Below, in pieces: positions 1-13,391 of a stretch of 64,000 nucleotides of DNA (within the stretch, counting starts at the first letter, position 1; every line of letters starts with the position of its first letter). The notes beneath the pieces are model-generated. The model saw only the letters and a program-made list of their open reading frames with translations. It did not search any database and was not told the DNA's origin. The DNA is taken from contig CM119268.1 of assembly GCA_051294375.1 (NCBI GenBank), forward strand, positions 17,176,502 to 17,240,501, written 5' to 3'. This stretch comes from Paraspadella gotoi. Taxonomy: Eukaryota; Animalia; Chaetognatha. A program made the translations under genes and the position numbers.

Positions 1-3000
1 GGGTTGCACACAGGCTTGTGGGGTTGCCTTGGTCGAATCTATGGACTGAAGACTAACGGCCAAGAGTTTCAACGAGGGTCTCTTATGCAGCTTGCTCCCG
101 GAATCAAGAGAGTTCAAACTGGCGTTTGTAGATGGCAAGGAGTCCAAACTGGCGTTCACCGATCTCGCTCGTCTTTTTTTTCGTCGCCTCGCCGCGTTTT
201 TTTCGTTGATTAAACTCGTTTCCCGCTAAAAATGTTCAGCGTTTAAAAGTAGGGAAAGAAAACATGTTTCCATTTAAAACTTGAGACATAAATATTTATA
301 CATAATTATCATTTTGATCAAATTTCTTCTCCTTGAATGCAACCATCTGAGTTTTAAAAAAGCTGGGGATTAATGAGAAATTAGTAATTTTAAAATTTTT
401 TAAGGTAAGTCTTTTTTAAGTAACTAAATGAATAATAAGATTTGCTGAAAAGGTAGAGGTAAAAAAATAATCTCAAAAATATCTTATCATTTGTGTTAAG
501 GTGACCAACGTCTTTCTTTGGCACATATCAAAATTCCACGATGAAGATATGGATCCTGCTAAATAGAAGTCAACCTGTTCAGCGTCAATCTAAACTAAAT
601 TTGGAAACGCACAGACTCACAAAGCCAACCAAAAAAAAAAACCCGGTTAAACATACGCATAAGCCGGAAATATTAATTAAAACTAAAAAAATTAAAAGAG
701 GGAAGATATAAAACCCGCAAAAACCTTAGTGGATTCAACATCTTCCGCCATGACTTTGATGAGTTTCCCCATTTTGTTATTATTTTTTCGCCTGACCCCG
801 TCGGGGATTGAGGTGGGAGATGAGGGAGGCGTTTGGGGATCGGGGCGTTCTGCCCCGTTAGAGTCACCGGCGTCGGCCGTCGGGGTCGTCGCGGACTCAG
901 CGTCGGGACTCGAGATCATTTTGGACCCTGAGCCCGAAAAAAAAAAGAAAATGTGCAGAGGAAGAGAAATGATTTACACGAGGGACGAAAGATTGAGAAA
1001 AGGATTTTTTTTTTAAAGTGTCAGACATCGCGGAACGAAAAAAAAGATGAAAATAAAAAAAATAAAGATTTCAAATTGGGTCAAAACGAATGAAAAAAAA
1101 AGGAAATGAAAGAGTAACTTGAGATGAGAAAATGAAAACGGACGGACAGATCGGACAGAGAGACATATAAACAAAAATATTTAAAAAAAGACATGATGCA
1201 GAAAAGACATTGTACCTAGTTTGGGCGTCTGAGGTGTGGCATCTCCTATGCTGTCACCCTCGTCCTCGTCCAGCGCAAAAGGCGCGGACTCGGCCCGGGG
1301 CAGCACCGACAAAGGAACAGAGGGTCTGGGAGAGTCAGACGACTCTCCGGGGAAAGGGGAATACCCATACATGGATGCTGTCTACTCATGCGGCGGTCGG
1401 GGACGGGGAAGTGACGGGGAAAGGGAAAGAAAGAGTGAAAAAGTAAGAACGGAATAATTTTTTGACTGATGAGCCGTTGCATGTGGTTTCGATTTACAAA
1501 TGCTAGGTAGTCCAAATACAATTTTTTTTATTACTGCGCAGGTATTTTTTTTGTTTTAAATTTACGTCCAGGGATTTGAAAATATATGAGATGCAGAAAT
1601 GTTTTGTATTTACGATAATAAAAATAAGTTTTATAAAAGAGAATCTTATCATCTACAATAGACGTGGTGTAGATTCTAAAGAAAGAGGGAGTCTAGTAAA
1701 AGCATTTTAATGCACGGAAAGTTGAAGAATACACACAGAGTTGGAGAGAGACTTCTAATTCGCAGAGATGCTAAGAGGCGAGTGCTTTTTATATCAATAC
1801 GTCCTTTTAAACTAATCATTGACGAGATTTTAAAGTTTTTAGTGAAGACCACTGAGAATTTTAAACATGACTAAACTTTATACTTTTGACAATTATAAGT
1901 AAAAATTCTAGGGTTATTGTTGAAAAATCCCATCATTGAAAAGCATGAAAGAACAATTCACTCATCGCCCGAGGAAATTCCTTGCCATTTTCGCGGATGG
2001 CGCGTCGTTCGCGGTCGGCGCGTCCCCGAGGACGAAGACGTCTTCAAACTCTCCGTCGTACAAGTCCAAGCTATCGTCAAGGTCTTGCGGCAGCGAAGTC
2101 AGCGAGTAATACTTTTTACAGTCTTGGACCGTCGGGTAGGAAAAGTCGGACTCGCCGAAACCTGTCTCGTCATCATCAAACGTCTCGCTGCGGACGACTC
2201 GAACAGGAGGTGGGGAGTCAGTTTGGCGCAGTTGATCGTGGTCTTGGTCAAAATATGGAGTGTCAATGTGGTGTAGGCTTGGAAGCTTGCCCGAGATGAC
2301 CTTGGTCTTCTCCGGACTGTTAACCCTTTTGAGGTTTTCAGCCTGGATGGTTCCAACTTTGGCATCTTTGGCTTCAACGCTCTTGGGATCGCGAATACCC
2401 GGGGTATGTTGGTGACTCGTAGATTTCTTCAAGATATCGCCATTGAGGTTGCCATTTTTGTCCCTTGCACTGCCATCAGGCGTGGTTTTTGTATCTTTTC
2501 TTGATTTTTTTGTTGTCTTTTGACAAAAGTTTGTTTTAAATTGAATTTGTTCATTCGGAATTTTGTTTATGGTTTTATGGGTTGAAGAAAAAATGTGAAA
2601 AAGAAAGAGAGGAAGTGAGAATTGTGTCATAAAACATAGTAAAATCATTCAATCAAGTGAGAGAAAGGAAAACCGAATAATTGAGATGGTTGCAGGAATG
2701 TGATGGTCTTATCAATGGTATACACTAACAAAATACATTAGAAATTAAATATTTATGTAAAGAAACTATTCGTGTCCCTAACAACCACCTCAACATTGAT
2801 GTCATAACGCTAATGGCAATCAATACCTTCAATGAAGGAACAGTGAGCTGAGATGTAACGACGCCATTTCGTACTTTGGAATTGCCGGCTTCAGTGGCCG
2901 TTCGGTAAGGCAGGTACGGACCATTTTCAGAGGTTCTCGACCTGGTCAGCCCCCTCCGCACGGGCTCCCTCTCAAGCTCGGTCACTATGTAACTCTCGCT

Positions 3001-4956
3001 GTCGCTACATCTTGAAACGTCCAGCGAATGCGCGTGCGGTGTTTCGTAACTCTCGGATAAATGGATTCGCTTTTTTGTTTTGTTTTACATTTGGTTTTGA
3101 AGATGTTAGTAAACAGTATGGGTAATCGAGAAGGGAGAATACAAGCGATGGTGAGGACGGGAGATAAAAATTTATATGTTTTGGTTGCGTGTTTCATCAA
3201 ATCACCATCGAGTAAAGAAAGAATCGTACAATAATAAAACATTATTTGCTTTAAAGACCATTCTTCCTGGTCCGTACCTCCTTGGAATCCTCTTTGATCG
3301 CCGGGCCCGAGGAGGAAGACACTGGAACGGCGGAGTGAGGTCGAAGCTCATCCAAGCGACCAACGGATCGGCTCATGCTGTTAACTGTTCACAAAATTAA
3401 TAAATAAATCTAAAGTAAATAATGATAATAAATCAATAAGAATATGAAAAGTAAAAGGGACTCAACTAGCAGTATCCAATAACATCGTCAAAAGTCTCAG
3501 CCCTTAAATTCCCCCTACTCACCCCCCATATCCGCCATGCTCCGGGCCGAGTAAAGTGACCGCCGACTGGAAGTCCTCTCGATCGAGGGCGGGGGTCTGT
3601 CTATGAGGGAGGAAGCCTGTTTGGTCTGGTAGTGAGTTCGGCCCGAGTAGCGGAACTTGGAGCCGAAGCGTGGGAAGCCCCAGAAAGAAGACTTGACGGG
3701 AGGATCGGAGGCAACGAGTCTGGAGCAGAGAAAGTGGTCATTAAATGTTATATCTACCATGTAACAATAACAATTTATGCTAGTTTAGTTAACAAACGAT
3801 ACAATAATTCAAAAATTAGGTTATTGTGTTCACTTTCATCTATTGCGAGAGTTAGAACCTGATGGCAATGCAAAGTTGCAATATTGTCTCAGCAACGATT
3901 TCTAACAACCAATACCAGCAGCAAAATTGGCTAAAAATATCGTCCATGCTTAACTGTGCTTAACCCCTGGCAAAGCGTGACGTTATTGTTAGTACCTGAA
4001 GAACGTGTGGTGCTCTACGCAAGTCTTCCACAGTCTCTTGGCCGCTTTGTGGTTGCAGAGTTTGAAGCCGACGGTGGCCTCGAACTGCTCGAACTCCCCC
4101 GGTCGAATCTTGATGTAGAAGTTGTTCCGTTTGTAGGAGATCTTGAGAATTTTGGGCCAGGCGAACCGATTGATCCGAAGCCGGTCTCTGAAGACAAGTA
4201 CGCCCGACGAGCAGACGCCCACGAGGATGTCCACGCCTTCTGAGTCCTGTAGGATGAGTGAGATTAGGCGGATGAACAAGATGGCTATGGAAGTTTAGAG
4301 ATAATTGAAAAACTAAACAAAGAAAAACATCTCATTACAAATTTATAGTAATTTGGAAATGAATTAAGTTGACGTTCATTTTATCTTGCATTCATACCAA
4401 CAAACCTAAAACAAATAAACTGCGGTGTCAGATGTTAAATTAAACTACATAAGTAGATCATGCAACAGCAAGCTTTTGTGATTTACAAGGATAGGTTAGA
4501 CGTTATCAGATTGAGGAAACCATTCAGGGCAAACTGTAAAAGAAGGCAAATGTCGGTGTTTGTGTACCTTCGAGGCTGTAAGGAATTCTGGGCGACCTTC
4601 GACAAACTTTTTTCGATATTTTCTTTGATTAGACACACATAAAATACAATTTTCTAACTTGGATTCGGCCAACTCCGGATTTTTAATAAAAAAAAAAACG
4701 TGTAGATGTTTCAAACGATGACAAATAAAATCCGCAGTTCGCCGTCCGACCTTGCGGTCGTTACTCACTTTGGCCGGATGTAACTCGACTCCATACATGG
4801 CGAGCTTCTTGGCGTTCTCCAGGTAATGCATCTCTGCCTCCGCCGGCATCTGTCCTTTGTGAGTCCGATGCAACTCTGCGACTTTATCCATCAATTCCTA
4901 TTCGACAAAAATTAGGTGCAAAGAGTGAAGAGAAACAGAAAAAAAAATGACGCTGT

Positions 4957-5014
<58 letters not shown>

Positions 5015-6197
5015 AGACCGGCGAGTGCTGCGGGGCAAAGAGAAAATCTTTGAGGTAATCGTCTCGATGTTCCTCTGAGTCGAAGTCGCCGAGTTCTGCC
5101 TGCACAGTGTACGATCCGAGGAGGGCGTGCGTCACGAACGAGCACGGCAGTCTGGACGGGATTAATTATTTTCCACTGAGTAATTAGGTATTGGGAGTTT
5201 AAGAGTTTAAGAGTCTAGGGTAATCAGATCTTGAATAGGTTTTTCTCCAATTTAATTCAATTTCTATTTTCTAATCTATTTTTATAATTGTCATTTCTAC
5301 ATTTGACTTACTTAGCTGTGAAAATGTCTTTCCTTAGTTGCAACGTAAGCAAGTAGCGAGTGATATCTTCTTGTAAGGCGCCAGGATCGGGGGGATAAAA
5401 CTTGACTTGGAAATGGAAGACCCATTGACCATCTGAGCAGAATATATATGAGCATGTATATGTAAATAATTAACAAATGCTAACTTTACAAGTTCAACCT
5501 ACTTTTGACTTGTTTGCTGATTTTCTTTTCCAAGTCGAGCCACGTCTAAAAACAAGCGTTAAATTCATTTATCAAAATCTAATTTATGAACTTTGTTAAT
5601 TTATAAGAGTGCCCCGCCTGGATTTGCTCCTCATCGACGTAGGTGACCCCGAAGTAATCTTTCTCCAGCAGCGAAATGTAATCGGCCACTCTGTCCAAAA
5701 CCACTTGACCTTTGGCTTTTTTCTGTTCGGAAGTGGAAAGAAGAAGAAATGTTAATTCGCTTCTATGAGAAAACTTAAGTGGGTGGATGGGAAAGTAATT
5801 TGCTCAAAAATATTTGGCATCGTTCACTCATTCATTCAGTCATTTATTCATTCAGTCATTCATTAATTCATTCATTCATTCATTCCTTCATTCATTCATT
5901 CATTCATTCATTCATTCATTCATTCATTCATTCATTCATTCATTCATTCATTCATTCATTCATCGCTTCATCCATTCAAAAAGATAAGCACATCGAATTT
6001 AATTTAGTTGAATTTAATTTACGTAACAATCGTAACAATGTAGCGTACATATTTATATATTTATCCATTATCCAAACTAAACTATTCACAAGATCTTTTA
6101 TATTTTATATTTTCCGTTCACTCACGTCGACGTCGAACTGAAATTCGGTTCCGTCCAAAAGGATCACGTGACAAATGACAGTTTTTAATGGCTTCAT
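1..6197 (-). CDS. cora: Protein 4.1 / coracle-family FERM protein (multi-exon, 3' end beyond window)
   Basis: Phase-consistent exons 6197-6126, 5722-5618, 5545-5503, 5432-5312, 5151-5019, 4897-4769, 4246-3996, 3719-3523, 3384-3278. They translate to [17 protein letters not shown]...[11 protein letters not shown]...[11 protein letters not shown]...[18 protein letters not shown]...[14 protein letters not shown]...[14 protein letters not shown]...[25 protein letters not shown]...[14 protein letters not shown]...[11 protein letters not shown], a FERM plus FERM-adjacent domain of the EPB41/coracle type. Less certain low-complexity exons: ~3055-2827, 2516-1962, 1381-1216, 927-725, 225-1. Confidence 0.93.
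5850..5962. repeat. (TTCA)n tetranucleotide microsatellite
   Basis: Tandem TTCA units read directly, in the first coding intron of the FERM gene. Confidence 0.95.
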
Positions 6198-7267
6198 TTT
6201 GTTGTCGTCGAATCTTTGAATCTTTAAACTAATTACTTCATCTTTTTCTTCGGTTTTCTCTTGTTTTTTTTTGTTTTGTTTCGTTTCGTATACGTTTCGT
6301 AATCGCCTTCTCCTTTCTCGTTTCTTTGGTCCCGAGTGGCAGGTTAGGCGCTATGCAGTTTTTGTGATGGAATAAAAAAAGTTCCGAATTCCTGTCTCCC
6401 AGAGATTATGCCTTCACAACCGGATATCCCGATATCCGGGGCGGACAAAAAAAAAAATTTCCGGGTTTCACATCCGAGCGTTCTTTGGAACAGACGGAGC
6501 TTTTTCTTTTCTTATTTCTTTTTTAATCTTTGCCGCGCGGTCGCCGCCGCCGCCGCCGCCTCCGCCGCGCTGCGCCGACGCGTCTGAAGACGTAAACGGC
6601 GTTTTCCGGCTTTGGCAGCGGTGGCAGGAGTTCCGACGTTCCGGCGTTATTGAACTTATTCGTGTTTTCTTTTTCCGGCGCCGGTCTTTTCTCGTGCACA
6701 CGGCATCGTTTTCTCGTAGCGGAAATTACGGAAGATTCGCATTTTTTATTTTGTTTTTTCTCCTTTTTTTGTTTTGTATTTCGCAGACCGAGGAGAGATT
6801 CAGGCCATTTTTAAGGCGGAAGACAATTTATCCTTTTGAGTATATGGGAGTGGCGGAGCTGTAGTAATGTTAATTTCTGAAATGAACATGTCAACTATTA
6901 CTTCCATTTTTTTTTTTAAATTTAAACGTTTCAAACTTTTTTGTGAAGCATAAAAAACTGTTTCGCTCATCATCATTATTCATTAGATTAGAAAAAAAGA
7001 AAAAAAGTGTACATCCAGACCACCAAAGCGCTGAGCTTTTTCACATTACTTGAGAAAAAAAAAACTCTTATGAAATTATGTTTATTTCCTGTTACGTACA
7101 TAAGTGGTTCTGAAAAGTAACAGTAGCAACCGCATCGAGTTAAAAAAACCGCGTGAAAAATTATCGAATGAACATTAAGCGATTAATCAATTTCTTGAGA
7201 AAACGACGAAGCTACGGAAAATGAAGCTGCTGGCATTTTTATTGAGTCGGCATTCGGCAAGGTGAGT

Positions 7268-7270
<3 letters not shown>

Positions 7271-7309
<39 letters not shown>

Positions 7310-7464
7310 CTTCTTTCTCTCTGTCGACTCTCTCATCTTTCTTTTCTTCTCTCTTCTCTCTTCTTTCTCTCTTTCTCTCTCTTTCTCTCTCCCTCTTCTC
7401 TCGTCTCTCTCTCTCTCTCCTTCTCTCTCTCTCTCTCTCTCTCTCTCCTTCTCTCTCTCTCTCC
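7271..7464. repeat. (CT)n-rich microsatellite. Similar AG/CT tracts at ~4960-5010, 9418-9482, 12848-12910, 13118-13410, 21428-21478, 25139-25238, 25586-25624, 26616-26730, 27660-27730, 33405-33495, 35682-35740, 47565-47640
   Basis: Dinucleotide repeats read directly. They generate the spurious RERE/SLSL ORFs in the track. Confidence 0.95.
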
Positions 7465-9430
7465 AGTGGGTGAGGATAAGAAGAGGAGCAGAGAAAGTTT
7501 GTCGGTTTTCGATTTTCATCGACTCACCCGAAGAGGATGAGTTAATTCTGTCACAGGGAATCAAGAGTCTTGATTGCGGTCGCTGCGGTTCTATCTGGTT
7601 TGGTCGGGTGAGGTGGAGGAAGGTAAGGTTTGTAATAAGGTGAGTTTTAATGAGTGAGAAAAATCGCGATGTTATAAATTTTCAGTGGAATTAAATGACA
7701 GAAGTCTCTTTTGGAGTGCGAAGATTGAAAAACATGTATTTTAGTCGAGGAAAGCGACAAGGCAGCATGCTTGACCAAAATCTGGTAAACGAAAAAATGA
7801 TGATAAAGATAATAAAGAACTAGACCTTTTGACAGGCGACTGAAACAGGCGAATAAGATGAGCAAACAAACAAGATGCACATAAAGTAAGTTGAATGGGG
7901 AGCAAAGTTGAGAAAGGTGCGGTTGAACGCGACCCCGAAGAAACAGCTGAACAAATCGGGCGAGGTGAGTTGAGTTGAGTAGAGCGAGTAGCGAAAACAA
8001 ACAAACCAAGAAGCAGAGTAAACGAAGGCGATCGAATCTCAGGTTTGAAAGGAAAAAAAAAGGTTTTATTATTGAAAAGAGAAGAAGAATAAAAGAGAAG
8101 AGAGAGTCGCAGTTCGTTTTTTATTTTATTTTCTTTTTCGGTTGTTTTTTTTTTTTCGTTTCGAAACAAAACTCTTTCTTCCTTAACTTGATGAGAGAAT
8201 CAGGTGTGGATTTTTGTTGTCGTTTTTTCGTAGTATTTCCTTAATCCTGAAATGATTTTTTTTCGAATTTAATTCTCGAAAGCGAGATAAAATTTATCCA
8301 AAGAAAAAAGACGAAAACAAAACTGACTGACTGATTGTAAATCAACAATAACGACAGCAACCACAACGACAACAACAGAGTCGTTGCAAAGTTGCAGTTG
8401 GTTCCAACCGTAACACATTTTTTCCCTTGTGTCGTCCACGACCTCCATGGGGAATTTGTAGCCAACGGGTCCGCAGCAAATTATTATTTTAACTAGAAAA
8501 ATATCGGCAGCCGAATGGAAAACAACAACAACAACAAAAACAAATTTGATGCCGAACAAACCGGCTCGTTGTTCGCCAATTGATCTCCCGATTCAATCTC
8601 CAAACCCCCCCCCCTCCTTTTCGGGAAGTTTTTTTTGGCACAACGAACAGTTTTGTGAAAGTTACAATGACCTCACTGAGTGAATTCATCGGAAGTGAGG
8701 ATCGAGATCTATTTAGGCGAACAGCCGACGATGACGATGACCGTCGACTAAAATGACAAAGATGTCATTTCGGTGAAATAAACCGGCATCGTTGTCGGCG
8801 ATTGTTTTGTCGTAATTGTCGTTAAGTTCATCGCGAATTTTGTCATCTACTTGTCTACTTTGTCGACGTTTGTCGGCTGAGTCGTTGTCGGAAACAGCGT
8901 CAACGACTGAGAGAGGATTATTCTTTGGCAGCCAAAAAATTGATTGAGCTCTGAAGGCGAGAAAGATTGGTGGGTGGCTTAAGGATCAGTATGCTTGGCG
9001 TTCTTTTCTCTCTCAATGAAAGAGTTCTGAATTCAAATACAAAAAGTGACCTGGTTGCCACTGCTACACTACTAATAAAATTACTCCTCTATTTTCGGAG
9101 AATAAAAGCTTTATTAAACGGCGATGGTAAATTGATTGATTTATGAAGCGATTCGGCGAAGCCAAGACAAAAGACAATTTTATACGTCAAACGCTCGCAT
9201 AAATTGATAAATAGAAGAAACCTCCCTTTCTATCTTACAAATGGAGCGTGTAACCGCGAGTTAAAAATAACCGTAAATATTAATTTGACGTTCCCATCTT
9301 TTCCTCCGCGCCTTTACTCGAGAACACTTTATCGTTCCGTCCTGTGATATATCTTTCTCGGCCGACACAACAGTCTGAAGCCGGTGAAGTTGAATTTGAA
9401 GGAGGGGAGAGGGGGAGAGAGAGAGAGAGA

Positions 9431-9487
<57 letters not shown>

Positions 9488-11394
9488 AAGAAGGCGTTTC
9501 AAACCGCAAAGTCAAGTAGATCGTGGAATTCGACTAAGAAGAGATTTCGATGGCAGAGAAAAAAAGTGGTAAAAAGAAATTCCTTTGTGAAAAAAAAATC
9601 TGGGGATGAAATACAATAATCCCGAAAAAATCTCGAACGGGTAGGGGGCTTTTTTTGGAGGGGGGCGCTGAGGGCTGGGGGGGGGGGCAATTGTCAAAAA
9701 TAGGATTCGAATTCATTAATCTTTTTAGTTCTCTTAGAAGTTTCTTGTGAACAAAATTCCTTCTCGAAATCCGAGAAAATCTCCATTTTCTTTTTGAGTT
9801 CAAAGTTTAAAAAAAAGGCATAAAAATTGAAAATCTTTGAAAAATACACTATAAAAACTAACAAAAGTTTCTTTGAAGATTCTTTGAAAAGTTAATTAAG
9901 TCTAAGGAAACAAAAATTTGGAGTCGAAGTTGTGGTTATTTTTTTTTTTTTTTTTTTTTTTTGTGAAGGGAGAAAATCAACTGATTTTTTTTTCTACCAT
10001 GAATTATAACCGCTGCGAATCAAGATACGTATTTGAGGGAAAAAAACCGCGATTTTGTTTCGACGCTGCAACGGTTGCTAGTTGTGTTATTTTTAATTCT
10101 CGCATATTTTTAACTTTAAATTTAAAAAAGCCGAGATAAACTAATAAAATTTTAAATTTTCAAAACACCACAAAAATCTCAGCACATACTGTCGGAAAAA
10201 TGTAAATTCCCAACTGAAGCTAAAAAGGAGACCAAGCTAGTAGTCGGTGACAGAATTAAAAATCGTGGCAAATATCCAAGAGTTCTTTCTCCCTTTTCCC
10301 TTCTCCACCACAAACCCAAAAAAAAACTTGCCATGTGGTCGAAATTCGTTATCCCTGGTGGTTGCGTTTTTATCGGCAGCGACAGGCGGTTTTGATGTCG
10401 TGAGAATTCGATATCACTTGGTCCGACTGCAGAGGGCGTCCCTCGAATTTTTCATGGTTTCATGGATTCGGAATGGGTAAATAAATTACGATCGAATTTC
10501 TATGAATTCTTATTGAAATGAGCATAAATTTCGATCGACTTATGTGGGAGTGAAAATTCTTAGCGTAAAATCTGCAGTAAAAAAATACGAATGTTAATGT
10601 TGATATATTTTATTTTTGAAATGACATGAAGATACAATTATGGCTACGAAAATCGTCTGCTATTGACGATCTTTTGATCATCTGGCATCAAAAGCGACAC
10701 ACATCCAACTTTTGTGTGCAAATCGGATTTTTTTTTAAGCGATTACGTCGATGACTAAATTTGTCTGAAGAAAAATATTTATTCGTTCAATTTGTGGATA
10801 AAATTTAATAATACTTATATTTTTTTATACAAACAAATGACAGGAGACTTTCGAAAAAGTTTTCGGATTTAATTTATCGAAGAGCAAAACGTGGAACAAA
10901 AAGCAAAGGGAACCGCGGATCGGAACCGCGGATCGGAACCGCGAGCGGAAAGATGATCAGTTTGCATCCGAAAAAAAAACTTTTCTTCAGTCTTCGGGTC
11001 TTCGTGTCTCTCAGATTCTCTTCATAATCGAACGAAGAGGATGACCCGATTTCAAAACTGATTGCCCGCGGGTCAAAGAAAAAGAGGATCCGACTCGCTT
11101 CCGACCCTTCATCGATGATTGGTCGAGATTCGGGCGCTGATTGGCCCGGGGGTTCGCATGGGGTCGGCGGTCGGCCACCCCGGAAATCCCGCCAGAAATC
11201 GCCTTATGTCGCTCGACAGTCCTGAGGCGAACGCGCTGTGATTTATTTTTTTATTGCGGTTGTAATTTTTCGAGTTCGAGGGTCAACAGCTTTTCTTTAA
11301 TTTTTCTACGATTCTTTATTATAAATAAAGGTGTCTGCTTTGAATGAAGTCATTTTAAATTTAATGGCCTTCCTTCCTTTTTTCATTCCTTTTT

Positions 11395-11413
11395 TTTCTT
11401 TCTTTCTTTCTTA

Positions 11414-11483
<70 letters not shown>

Positions 11484-11484
11484 G

Positions 11485-11524
<40 letters not shown>

Positions 11525-11550
11525 TTTTTCTTTCTTTCTTTCTTTCTTTT
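11395..11550. repeat. (TTTC)n tract. Similar tracts at ~27060-27440 and 50385-50450; (TTTCC)n at ~52340-52445
   Basis: Direct inspection. Confidence 0.9.
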
Positions 11551-11676
11551 TTTCTTTTTTTACTATTTTCTTATTTTCTTTTACATTAAGTTTTGGTCCT
11601 TTTTTCTTTGTCTTTCTTTTTCTCCCTTTACGTCTCTTATTTTCTCTTCCTATTAATTCTTTCACGTTGGAGGAGT

Positions 11677-11688
11677 CCACCAGGGGGC
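11677..11688 (+). promoter_or_regulatory. CTCF-like core motif CCACCAGGGGGC
   Basis: Exact match to the CTCF core consensus CCASYAGRKGGC. Motif only; no binding data. Confidence 0.35.
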
Positions 11689-11935
11689 TACCGTCCGCCC
11701 TGGGCAATCGATATTTTCCCAACCACAGAATCGTTTTTTCCCTCTTTTTTGTTTCCTTTTAATTCGGTTCTTTTCTTCACAATTCCCCGGTTTAAAACTC
11801 TCTCATACTGAATTGTTACTTTCTTGAATTTTTCCTCCTTTTTTAATGTCAAGTTAAATGACATGACAAGACTGTTTAACAACAAGAAAGAACGACGATG
11901 ACAAAAACTAACAACAATTGTTATAACTGCAAACA

Positions 11936-12846
11936 ATGGACAAAGATGATTTGGTGAGGGCGACGTCAGTGGCTTTGGGGCGTGTACGTAAACCGATGGT
12001 TAAATACATACAACCTAGTACGATATTTGATGGCGTTCAATAAGTAAGAATCGATACTGCGTTTACGATTCATACATAAACAAAACATTAAACATTTAAG
12101 CAATATTCGGCGACAAAATCGACGATTTTAAGCAGTTGTTCAACTCAGAACATGTTGACGTTTACGAGGTAAAAATTCTTATTTTGAATCCTTTTAGTTT
12201 TTTTTAATTTGTTTGTTTTCATTTTTATTTTTGATACTTTTTACGCGACGTGTTGAAATTGCTAAGAAACTAAAATAAACTAAAAACTAAAACGTTAAAA
12301 TTTTGTAGAAAAGAAAAAAAAAATTAATACAAAAACACAAACGTAAAACTAGAAATCAGAGAAAAAAGAAGAAACTGAAAATAGGGAAAACAAAACATTA
12401 AAAAAAAATCAAAAAAAAAAAAAAAATAAAAACTTGAAAGCTCAATATTTTTTTTTTGTTTTGGCTCAAAAAATCGCGCGGGATCGAGATTGAAAAGGTG
12501 AACGGAGCCTAAGGAGGATGAGGAGGAGGAGGCAGTTGCGACCAGTTTCATGACCCCCGCAGTTTATTTATACTTTTGTATTGACTAGAAAGGTGATTTT
12601 TAATTTAAAAAAAAAAATTAACTGAAAGACTTTTGTTGTCGTTTGTATTCGGAGAAACTGGTTTGTTTAACTGCTCCCAACTGGTTTTAGACAACGTCGA
12701 AGGAAGAGCATAGTGTAAACGGAAATAATTTCTTTTATTATATTTTGGTGATTTCATACTAACACTTACAGCAACTGTCAACGTAAGCTCCTTTTATATG
12801 TCGGATCGTGTGAAAAGTAAATAGCTCACTAAATTAAAAACTTGTG

Positions 12847-12878
<32 letters not shown>

Positions 12879-13143
12879 AGAGGAGAGAGAGAGACGAGAG
12901 AGAGAGAGAGGCGCACGTCCCCCCTCCCCACTCCCCGATTTGTTGTTTTTAAAATTTGATTCGTTCGACGAAATCTTAATCGGTTTGAGGAAAAGATCAT
13001 TAATGAGAAAAAAATATAACGAAAAAAAAAAATATGAAACAACAAAATTTCTCCTCGGCGCGTCGGAAAGGTTGAAATAGTCAAAAGATTATGTAATAAA
13101 GATTGTCTATAACAAAGATAGAGAGAAGAGAAGAGAGAGAGAG

Positions 13144-13214
<71 letters not shown>

Positions 13215-13332
13215 ACTTTTACTTTTCGTATAAGTTAATCCCAATGTTTCGGTTAAACACGCGAAGCTTTTGAGAGGAACATCGGAGTCGACGCACGATC
13301 ACGCACACGCACGCACTCACTCCGCGGCGCTA

Positions 13333-13391
<59 letters not shown>

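Noticed and set aside
4590-4615. 8-nt microexon candidate CAG|CCTCGAAG|GTA in the FERM intron (~4566-4573)
   Set aside because: It would frameshift the conserved domain, and the flanking exons already join perfectly.
6786-7261. Antisense + strand gene (acceptor 6786; MKLLAFLLSRHSAR with donor at 7261)
   Set aside because: Exons do not chain into a coherent ORF. The T-rich acceptor-like tracts are explained by A-rich 5' UTR sequence of the FERM gene on the other strand.
10909-10950. 13-bp tandem GGAACCGCGGATC x ~3 (also TGAAGGCT x4 at ~28390-28421)
   Set aside because: Short simple tandem duplications with no further support.
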